64,000 bases of DNA from a virus (taxonomy: Duplodnaviria > Caudoviricetes): positions 1 through 64,000 of IMG/VR virus record IMGVR_UViG_3300021255_002536. One strand, 5' to 3'. Positions 46,385-55,100 of the stretch are shown here, piece after piece. Made by a program: the position numbers and the translations under genes. The notes beneath the pieces were generated by a model. That model was not told where the DNA came from, made no database searches, and saw nothing but the letters and a program-made list of their open reading frames with translations. Within the stretch, counting starts at the first letter, position 1. The number at the start of each line of letters is the position of its first letter.

Positions 46385-46386
46385 AA

Positions 46387-47163
46387 TTATTCTGGTTTTT
46401 GTTCATTATAAAATTTCTTGATACTATCCTTCCAAACGACCTTAAAGAAACCGTTCTCGCGCTGGAGTTTGTGAACGGCATCCATGAAACGGTCACACTG
46501 TTGCCAGTCGTAGCGGTTCTTAGAGTAAGGCGACAGGAGGCCGATGCGGTATTCCTCCACCAGTCCGGTAGTGTTCAGAATACACGTCAGCGACGACTCG
46601 AAATCAATCACTGGCTCCAACGATACCCAGATATGGAAACCCATATCATGCAGGCGACGAATGAAGGTGATGCGGTCGGCATTGCTGGGCGCATAAGGCT
46701 CCTGTTCATTATGACCCGTCAGCGTAAAACCAATGTGCAACAAATCGCGATACTCCCAAAGGAATTGGGCATTACGGTACCACCATGTCGTTTTGGTCAG
46801 CAGCCACACAGGAACACCATGCTCCAGAGCGTAACGCGCACAGCGATATGTCAGGTTCCACTGTTCCTGAAGCAAGGGGTCAGTACTGAAAGAGAAGAAA
46901 ATGCCACCGTCAGTCTTAAACTGCTCCTGGTAGGCATCCACTTCTTTACAGAAGCGTCGGTAAGCCTTCTCTTCAGTACCACCCACTTTCTTCTCAATCT
47001 CAGGCACAGCACCACCGAGCTGCTTTCCCATCGGGCCACGACGCAAGTAGCAATAAGTACACTGATGACGACAACCTTTATACAGATTGCAACCCCATAC
47101 GGCATACTCCGCTGCGGGGCCTTCCGGCTTATAAATGGCACGATGGGCGAGAGGTCGTTTCAT
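46387..47163 (-). CDS. Radical SAM protein (SPL-like)
   Basis: GCRHQCTYC, F.TDP, LTK, TLTG...EP and SLEP motifs. Confidence 0.85.
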   Translation of the reverse strand: MKRPLAHRAIYKPEGPAAEYAVWGCNLYKGCRHQCTYCYLRRGPMGKQLGGAVPEIEKKVGGTEEKAYRRFCKEVDAYQEQFKTDGGIFFSFSTDPLLQEQWNLTYRCARYALEHGVPVWLLTKTTWWYRNAQFLWEYRDLLHIGFTLTGHNEQEPYAPSNADRITFIRRLHDMGFHIWVSLEPVIDFESSLTCILNTTGLVEEYRIGLLSPYSKNRYDWQQCDRFMDAVHKLQRENGFFKVVWKDSIKKFYNEQKPE

Positions 47164-47184
47164 ACCTATTTATCATAATTATTA

Positions 47185-48078
47185 TTATAGCAATGTCGAG
47201 CTTTCACCGCCATAGACCCGCATCTGGGGTAAAATGACATCGTGGATCTGCTGTGCAGCGATGTGAGCATTGGGGTGCGGTTTACCGGTTTCACCTGTCA
47301 GACGCAAACGCATGATATTGCGCCACTCAAACACATTGTAAGTGTAAGCCACACGGGTAGCGGCATCGAGACAGAGGAACCCACGCGCATCCTGTGCTGG
47401 CAGTCCCAGACGGAGGCCCAGCATATAGCACCATTCCGACATCTTCCAACCGACACGCGCAAGCAGCTTCTTCGACCAGTGCGCACACTCATACCAATGC
47501 GGCAGACAGATGGTGATGCCACCACGCTTGCCGAAGTTGACATAGCGCGTCGATTGCTCGGCGATATTGTTTGGCGAAGTGCGGTTCAGCTCTCTCGAAG
47601 TAGATATCTGTGTAGTCACACAGACGGTATAACGAATGAGTGCGAAGGCCGTCGGGAAATTCAACTCCTTAGCCTTGGCCACAAAATCCTGGAGTGTCAC
47701 CTCGTAGGGTTTCAATTCCTTGGCGATGGCCTTTGCATCCATCAGGAAATGACGGTTAGTAGAGACAAAGAAGGTACGCTCCTTTTTCTTCTTATCCTTA
47801 TGGTAGCGGATGCACACATAAGGGGTGTTATTGAGGGCCGTAATGAGCCACAATGGAAACACGCTGTTGTCGGGTTCACCCTTCACAGTAAAGACGAAAT
47901 AGGCGCTGCCATGTCGGAACATCGACAGGTGCTTACGCTTCAGCAACATGTCGCAAAAATCCTCTGCGCTTTTCTGGCCACCCTCGGAGGCGTAGCACAG
48001 ACGGGCAGCACGAGCCACCTGTTCCTGCCATACCTCCGGAGAGGGCCAAAGTTCAACTGTAGGTTTTATTAATTGCAT
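47185..48078 (-). CDS. thyX: FAD-dependent thymidylate synthase-like protein (divergent active-site motifs)
   Basis: AARLCY, H.S.F.H, RELNR.....AEQSTRY and QDARGFL; canonical RHR replaced by RTS. Confidence 0.75.
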   Translation of the reverse strand: MQLIKPTVELWPSPEVWQEQVARAARLCYASEGGQKSAEDFCDMLLKRKHLSMFRHGSAYFVFTVKGEPDNSVFPLWLITALNNTPYVCIRYHKDKKKKERTFFVSTNRHFLMDAKAIAKELKPYEVTLQDFVAKAKELNFPTAFALIRYTVCVTTQISTSRELNRTSPNNIAEQSTRYVNFGKRGGITICLPHWYECAHWSKKLLARVGWKMSEWCYMLGLRLGLPAQDARGFLCLDAATRVAYTYNVFEWRNIMRLRLTGETGKPHPNAHIAAQQIHDVILPQMRVYGGESSTLL

Positions 48079-48094
48079 ATCAATCGTTGAAAAG

Positions 48095-49126
48095 TTAATA
48101 TCCTCTGAGAGTTATTCCCGCATCCTTACAGCGGGCAAAGAAATACGCTATCGAGATCTTATCCGGACTGGAATTGTACTTGAACTTTTCTTCCACATCC
48201 TTTGCATTATACTTCGACACATTGATACGGCTCACGCGGTCAAAGAACTCGAAGCCGTAGGGTGCCGGAAGGTTGGCCAACGACAGGCCCACACGAAACC
48301 ACACATCGTAGTCATTCACAATGTCGGTATTGGTACGCTCCAGCAGCTCTACCATCCGACGCACACGCTCAACCAACTGGTCGTCACTCTCGCCACTGCT
48401 GCTATACACCGCTGCCTTCGGAGCCAACACCTGTTCGCTGGTCTCTAAGCACACACCGGCATAAGCCAGGGCATGTTCATTGATATAAGGATCTGAGTCA
48501 TACGAAGCAAAGCGTATGCGAGTCACGTCACCACACTTACGGTCTATCTGGATGCCCAGCGCCGAGTACTCGCGCAACAGGGCCTTGAACTGTTCCTTAT
48601 GGTATTGCGGATAGAGCAACGGAATGAGAGCGAAGTAGCCGGTACCGCTGCACGACTTCATCAGCAGCGCCACTTCAGGACGGTGGCGAAGGGTACGCAG
48701 GATGCTCTTCATATCGCCCAGGCTCTCGTTATCCTGATGATCGATGTCTATGCAGAGGAATCCCGTATGCTGTGCCAGATGCGACCCACGACGCGACACC
48801 ATTTCCTTCACTATGAACTTCTCACCCGTCCGGCGGTTGGTCTTTTCCACCTCCACCTCTCGCGGCTCAAAGAGTCCGGAGAGTGTAGCGCCTGGAAGGA
48901 ACTGCTTGGTCTCGCGGTATTCGTCAGATGCCTTCGCAGCCTTCTCGCCCATCGTCTCTACCATGCCACGCAACTTCTCAACCACAGGCTGCCAGCGATC
49001 CGTCATACAGAACTCGCGGATGGTCATCGACTGGATGATCTCACCCGTTTCCATATCTACGAAGCGCCCGACGTTATCTTTCGCGTCGGTATAGACAGAA
49101 CACATGCGGTCGAAAATGGAGTCCAT
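48095..49126 (-). CDS. VirE-N (BT4734-like) plus PriCT-2 primase-associated protein
   Basis: K..LP..T.SG.F, TG..CIDID, S.SG.G, D....D.TR..F.SYD; YD.W..VG..L PriCT-2. Confidence 0.8.
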   Translation of the reverse strand: MDSIFDRMCSVYTDAKDNVGRFVDMETGEIIQSMTIREFCMTDRWQPVVEKLRGMVETMGEKAAKASDEYRETKQFLPGATLSGLFEPREVEVEKTNRRTGEKFIVKEMVSRRGSHLAQHTGFLCIDIDHQDNESLGDMKSILRTLRHRPEVALLMKSCSGTGYFALIPLLYPQYHKEQFKALLREYSALGIQIDRKCGDVTRIRFASYDSDPYINEHALAYAGVCLETSEQVLAPKAAVYSSSGESDDQLVERVRRMVELLERTNTDIVNDYDVWFRVGLSLANLPAPYGFEFFDRVSRINVSKYNAKDVEEKFKYNSSPDKISIAYFFARCKDAGITLRGY

Positions 49127-49129
49127 TAC

Positions 49130-49522
49130 CTATTTATTATTATAATAGTTGTAATAGTTATGCCACTTGGCCCAGGCCCATTCCACCAGAATATTGATAA
49201 GCCATGCCAGACAGAAACCGAGGCCCATCAGCCAGAAGCCACGCCAGAACCAATACGACAGAACAAAACACAGGGTACCAAGAAACAGGTGTACCAATGT
49301 CTCTACAGGATAATCCTTATGGAAATAACCCTTGCGCCATTTCCAGTCTTTGTCGGGCGACTCATCCTTACTGTACTGATAGGATATCAGACCGGCGGTA
49401 GCCATCGAACCAATGAACATGCCGACAGGTAACGTCCAACCACCACCGAGAATGCCCAGCGCGATCACCGTCAACAGCGACATCAACAATACCCAATTCA
49501 GGATAACGAGATAGATTTTCAT
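49130..49522 (-). CDS. Four-TM membrane protein
   Basis: Hydrophobic helices; first gene after a host-type promoter. Confidence 0.7.
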   Translation of the reverse strand: MKIYLVILNWVLLMSLLTVIALGILGGGWTLPVGMFIGSMATAGLISYQYSKDESPDKDWKWRKGYFHKDYPVETLVHLFLGTLCFVLSYWFWRGFWLMGLGFCLAWLINILVEWAWAKWHNYYNYYNNK

Positions 49523-49559
49523 AAGCGTTTCACCTTATATGATATTTGTTATTCGCGGA

Positions 49560-49590
49560 CAAAGTTAAACATAATATTTGAATAGACAAA
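49560..49590 (-). promoter_or_regulatory. Canonical Bacteroidetes promoter TTTG-N19-TAACTTTG (early/middle operon)
   Basis: + strand caaagtta 49560-49567 and caaa 49587-49590. Confidence 0.75.
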
Positions 49591-49599
49591 ATAAAAATC

Positions 49600-50210
49600 T
49601 ATTTAATTTCTTATATCGTGTAAGTTTTAACATTTGAACACAATCGGAGCCACCAAATAATCCGTTTTCGAGGTCGAGGAAATTTTCTCCCTGACCAGGG
49701 ATATTTTCTCCTTTTAAACCTCAAAACTACTTTTTGCAGCCCGAATCCCCAATTTCTGTAAAGTTAAAAACGGGGAAAAAAGTTATCGAAAGTTCTGAAA
49801 AGATTTCAAAAGGAGATTTTGAAATCGCTTTAACTCACTGAAAATCAGATATAAACATTGGTAAAAAGTTATTTTTACCTTTTTTCTAAAAAACTTAGTA
49901 CACACGGGAAAAAAAATAGAAAACGGAATTTATGACAAAAATTCCATGAAAACCGCTCGCTTTATGCCACCTCCCCTCGCCCCCAAGTATCTGATAATCA
50001 AAGGAGAAAGTGGAACTTTCGCTTTGTTGCTCAATTCCTTTTAGGGTACGGGATTTCTATCTCTATCAGAGAGAAATTTTTTCTCAAAATATATATGAGG
50101 TATGCGAAAAACCATCATTTTCTCCTTTTGACCCTCTGGAAATGCCCAGAAACGCCCTAAATAGAGGGAAAGGAGAAAAATATTAATTCATCCTTAAAAT
50201 TTCCTTGAAT
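49600..50210. other. AT-rich non-coding region with repeated TTTCTCCTTT motif (candidate replication origin)
   Basis: Six motif copies in both orientations and several palindromes; no ORF. Confidence 0.45.
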
Positions 50211-50214
50211 ATCT

Positions 50215-50246
50215 TTTGGTAGTTTCAGGGATTTTTCGTACCTTTG
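50215..50246 (+). promoter_or_regulatory. Canonical promoter TTTG-N20-TACCTTTG with no downstream ORF
   Basis: tttg 50215-50218, tacctttg 50239-50246. Confidence 0.55.
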
Positions 50247-50316
50247 TACCCAGTATTAAATTGGGGTATTATGCCCTAATTACATTAGGTCAGAGGGGTG
50301 GCGATGCTACCATTTT

Positions 50317-50407
50317 GATTACTACCGTAGGTGCGGAGTAAGATTACTACCGTAGGTGCGGGAAAACGCGAGATTTAGATTACCTTGGTGGCGGGAAAGC
50401 CGCGAGA
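50317..50407. repeat. 20-bp direct repeat, two exact copies plus a degenerate third
   Basis: GATTACTACCGTAGGTGCGG at 50317 and 50342; variant at 50378. Confidence 0.8.
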
Positions 50408-50583
50408 GGGATATATGACAAGCGAGGGCCGTGCTTCACAGCACAGCCCTCGAACGATTACTATACATAAACAGATGTATGTAATACAAGATTTTACTAA
50501 TACTTAACCTAAAACTAATCTACTAACTACTAACTAAAAAATTCAAATATCATAATGAAGAATGCCCATCCGCTGATGGTGCA

Positions 50584-51828
50584 TTAAGGTTTCGAGATAA
50601 TGATAGAACTGTTGGTGCCACCGAAGCCGAAGGCGTTACACAACACATGATTGATATTAGTGACTATCGGCTTGGTTGGGATATTCAGACGTGCGGCTGC
50701 TGGTTCCGGCTGTTCCAGATTGATATGCGGAGCCACAAAACCGCCCTGCATCTGGATAAGTGCATAGACCACCTGTGATACACCAGACATCCAGCACTCG
50801 TGGCCTGTCAAACACTTCGTAGAGACCACGAAGGGATTGCCGATAGGTTTCCCTACCCCACATGTATATTTCGGCAGCCAGAGCGACAACGACAGCAGCG
50901 CATCGGCTTCAGCACGGTCGCCATCCTGCGTTGATGTGGCATGTGCCATAATCATCGATAGCTGCTCCGGATTGATGTCGGCATCCTGAATGGCATTGCT
51001 CATGCAGCGAAAGATACTCTCTGCTGAAGGCGTAACGATGTCGGGCGACGTACAGAAGCCATAACCGCGAACCGTGGCCATGGGCTTACGATTACCCATA
51101 GCGGCATGCTCGGCGCTCTCCAGAATAACACAGGCAGCGCCACCGCTCGGCACCAGACCGTCGCGGGCTGCATCGAATGGACGGCTTGCCTTCTCAGGAT
51201 CATCGGCACGCTGTGAGAAGATACCCAGCGCATCAAAAGATGTATAGGCATGCAGCCCCACCTCCTGAGCACCCACCACGATACACGCATCCACCTGTCC
51301 GCTACGAATGAGCGACAGCGCCAGTCCAACGGCATGACCACCACCGGAACAAGCGGCAGAGACCGTCAGCGAGATACCACCAATACCGAAGATAGAGGCC
51401 AGCGCCATTGATACCGTTGAGTTCAGCGAACGGAACACCGCGCCAGCACCCAGACGGCGCGAGTCGTGATGTAAACGCATGATATCCTCCACCTCTGCCA
51501 GTTCACAGGCCGTTGAATCGTTGCTGACTATCAGCCCTACCCGATGGCGATCAGTGATAGGCGCTTGCTCCAGGGCCTGTTTCACGGCCATATACGCATA
51601 GCGGCCTGCCTCCGACAGACACATACGCTGCGAACGGCGCAAGCCTTCATGCGACAGATCCGGCACAGGCACGATACCCGTCAATGGCGACTGGTAGCCG
51701 TACTCCGTGCGTCGTGGGTCAGCACCGATGCCAGAACGTCCCAGACGTAGCGACTGCTCCACAGCCTTCACATCCTCGCCGATACAGCTCCAGATGCCCA
51801 TGCCGGTGATGACTACTCTCTGTTGCAT
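50584..51828 (-). CDS. Beta-ketoacyl-ACP synthase (FabB/FabF family)
   Basis: RVVITGMG, SAAC160S, RPFD..RDG, AH296ATST, TGH343 and N.FGFGGTN motifs; triad intact. Confidence 0.95.
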   Translation of the reverse strand: MQQRVVITGMGIWSCIGEDVKAVEQSLRLGRSGIGADPRRTEYGYQSPLTGIVPVPDLSHEGLRRSQRMCLSEAGRYAYMAVKQALEQAPITDRHRVGLIVSNDSTACELAEVEDIMRLHHDSRRLGAGAVFRSLNSTVSMALASIFGIGGISLTVSAACSGGGHAVGLALSLIRSGQVDACIVVGAQEVGLHAYTSFDALGIFSQRADDPEKASRPFDAARDGLVPSGGAACVILESAEHAAMGNRKPMATVRGYGFCTSPDIVTPSAESIFRCMSNAIQDADINPEQLSMIMAHATSTQDGDRAEADALLSLSLWLPKYTCGVGKPIGNPFVVSTKCLTGHECWMSGVSQVVYALIQMQGGFVAPHINLEQPEPAAARLNIPTKPIVTNINHVLCNAFGFGGTNSSIIISKP

Positions 51829-52076
51829 GCGTCAGGGTTTAAGGTGATGACAGCCTGCACCAGGTCTCTCAGGGTGCGGGTATTCTTGGCATTGTTCATG
51901 TCGAGCTTCACGCCAAACTGCGTTTCCACAGCCAGGATGAAGTCAAGAGTGTCGAGAGAGTCGAGATTCAAATCCTCCTGCAATCGCGTATCGAGGGTTA
52001 TCTCCTCCTGGGGAGGCATCGTGTCGAATAGTTTGATTAGCAGATCGACAATGTAAGGGAAAAGTTTTTCTTCCAT
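51813..52076 (-). CDS. Acyl carrier protein
   Basis: 87 aa, acidic; DLNLDS40LD phosphopantetheine site and E..FG.K. Confidence 0.92.
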   Translation of the reverse strand: MEEKLFPYIVDLLIKLFDTMPPQEEITLDTRLQEDLNLDSLDTLDFILAVETQFGVKLDMNNAKNTRTLRDLVQAVITLNPDACNRE

Positions 52077-52107
52077 AAATTCATCAATTCATTAAAACAT
52101 TAATTCA

Positions 52108-55100
52108 TTACTTTTTCTTATTCCACAGACGGGAGCCAGAATAGCGGCCCATAAACTGAGCACCGTCCTCGGCTTCCTCGGCAATACCGCCACGTCCGTA
52201 CTTATTCACATGCAAGCCATTCTTCTGCAACAGCAACATCATAGCCGTAAACTCAGTGATGGCTCCGCGCAACTGCTGCACATCCTCCTGGGAGAGCGAG
52301 GGAGCGGCGGCGGCATCAGTACCGGCCATGCCCTCTGCAAAATCGGCGAGGTTGCCCTCATCATACATGCGATAGTGCATACCTGAGCGGTTCTTATCGA
52401 ACTTCACGATCTCGTTCATCAGGTCGGGTCTGTTCATCATCATCGCCTGAGTGGTCTCACGTCCGATGACCATTTCAGGGCCTTTTTCGCCCACGACGGC
52501 GGGCTGTCCGTTTACCATAGTCGATATAGGCTTAGTCACCAGGCCCGTCGAGAGCTTATCCACATGCTGAGTCTGATATACGTTACCATCGTTGCCTACC
52601 ACCGTCTGCGTCTGTCCCTGCTGACCGCCACCAAACGACTGCACATTACCGCTGTCATAGGTCAACATACCCGTCGCGAGTTTCACGTTCTGACCGGATG
52701 CTTCAGCACCACTATCGCTACCACCAAGGGCAGCAGAGATAGCCCACGAAAGCAATCCCATCAGCAAGGCACTGATGACGGCAATCAGAGGAATACCCCA
52801 GAAACCGAGAGTACCAATGATCTTAGCGGCACCACCGGCGATACCGAGACTCACCTTACCCGTCGTAGCTGCTGCTTCCTCCGAGAGTTCAGTAGCGTTG
52901 GCCGTTTGATGCTGTGCCAGTCTGGTAGCATCGCTCGTAGCCTGTACCGTCTGCATGATAGTGGCGAAAGCCTGCTGGATTTGCAGCATGGTAGCCTGGT
53001 GCTGGGTCTCATCGGCTTCCTCCTGACGATAGTACAACTGGCGCTTCACACGGCGGGTCAAGTCCTCGGCAATCATCTGAATGGTCATCTTCGCGTAGGC
53101 TTTCAGCATATCCTTCGCGAGATCACGCAGTTTGATGTTCGAGTCCTCAGTCTCGGCAATCATGTTACCCAACTTCTCACCTACCCCTTCAGCAAAGGTA
53201 GCCAGAGGCTCAGAGAACGACTGCAACAGTCCGATGCGCTCCTGGAACTTCGCGGCCACCTTATCAGCCATCGCATTCTGAGCGTCCATCATCTGACGTT
53301 TAGCCTCCGTCAGCTGCTGCTCTGATATCTTATCCTGCTGACGCAGGCGATCCATTTCCTCATAGTAGAGTTTCGCACGCTCTGCCAACAAACGATAGCG
53401 CATCACCTCTGGGTCACTCTCCATATTCCATGTGAGGCCCATCTGCTGTGCCACGCTCTTATCCGTCTCAAATCGCTGCACATAACTGCTCTCATCGGAG
53501 AGTGTCGTTGTGGTCTGGTCGATTTGCTGCACATCGGAGCGGTTATTAAATACGAAGTCGGCACGGCGCTTTGCTTCGTCGTAGGCTTTCTTTTGAGCAT
53601 CGGTATAGGCATCCGACATTTCAATGAGCTTCTGATAGAACACCTGCCACTGCTGCAAGTCCATATTCAGGATGCCAGCCAACCACGAGCCACCAACATT
53701 TTTCTCATAGTCTGGGCCAAAGAGCAATGTAAGCATAGCCTTCTGGCCTTCCTCGGTCGAAACATCGGTAGCGAACACATCGACGATATGCTCACGGGCA
53801 TTCAAGAATGCCTCCTGCCACATCTTACTACGCTCGGCCACGGCAGTCTGAATACCAGCCTTATTGCCATCCTTCGAGAACTGCATCAAGTTCTGCGTCT
53901 GTCCGGAAGTCAGTTCAGCCAATCCCAGCTGCTCCATCTGACCCTCATAGTCCTTATTCACCTTGCCGGTATAGTTCTTTTCCAGCAAGAGCTTCTGGCG
54001 CTCCTGATAGGCTTGGTTTTCCTTCTTCGCATTCTGGAGTTCATTCTCGGTAGCCTTACGCCATATCTGATCGAGCAACACCGAACCATTCTGGCCCAAC
54101 TCCTTCGAAAGGGTCGTAATCATTTCCTTCAGTTTGTCGATGTCGTTATGGATTATATCATCCAGCAGCTGTGTGCTCTGGTTGGTACCATCATCGCCCA
54201 ACGGCTCGTAGAGATCCTGAATCATCGTCTCACGGAACTGCTGCCACTCGTTTTCAGTACCGGCAATAGCCTGACGCACATTAGCCAGGGCCGAGTTCAT
54301 GCGGATGGTCATGCCGTCCACAAGTTTCTTCTGCAACTGCGGATCCATACCACCCTCAGTAGCCATTTCCGTAATAGCGGTGATTTGGCGCTCATAGTAA
54401 TTCTTTACATTATCTATAATCGCCTTGGCCTTACCCTGTTCCTCCTTCATTTCAGCACGAAGGGCCTTGCGACGCTCTGCCTCTTCACGCTTACGACGGG
54501 CTGCCTCTTCCTTATCGGGTGCCTCATTGTCGAGTGTGCCAGGCGACTCATCAACAGCTTTAACAATATCCTCTTGGAATGGTTCCCACTTCTTATTAAC
54601 CTTATCGAGAGCATTGGCAGTAGAATAAACCTGTGCGGCATAGCGGGTAGCAGCATAGAGCATCTTTTCCTGCTGTGTCAACTGACGGGAATTGTTCCTT
54701 ACAGCACCAGCATCCGGCTCCATACCGAAACCTATCTGTGATTGGGCCGTCTTAGCATCGAAATAGGTCGTAGGCGATTTCTGGCTACGCTTGTTATACG
54801 CATCCTGGGCAATCGTACTATTGACACCAAGTTTCTTGGCGAGTTCGCGATTGATTTCCTCTACAGACTTACCAGCCTCGCGCATATCATCGACATACGC
54901 TTTCAGCCATGTACCATTGTAAGCCGTACCACCTGCCTGCTGGTCGTATTCAGTCAGTCGGTCGGCCTGCCAACCGATACGCGGTGCCACCTGCTTCTCA
55001 ATGTCCTTTTCCTTCATCTGGAGGGCGATCTTCGCACGCATCTGCTTCACTACCTCCTTATAGGCGTTGGCCACATCTTCGGCTGTCGATTTTTCAGTCA

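Noticed and set aside
50317-50407. Mini-CRISPR
   Set aside because: Only 5 nt between the two exact repeats.
7881-54741. Long + strand ORFs (e.g. 7881-8849, 28634-29536, 31735-32787, 43519-44628, 53524-54741)
   Set aside because: Antisense shadows of well-supported minus-strand genes, with no motifs or promoters.
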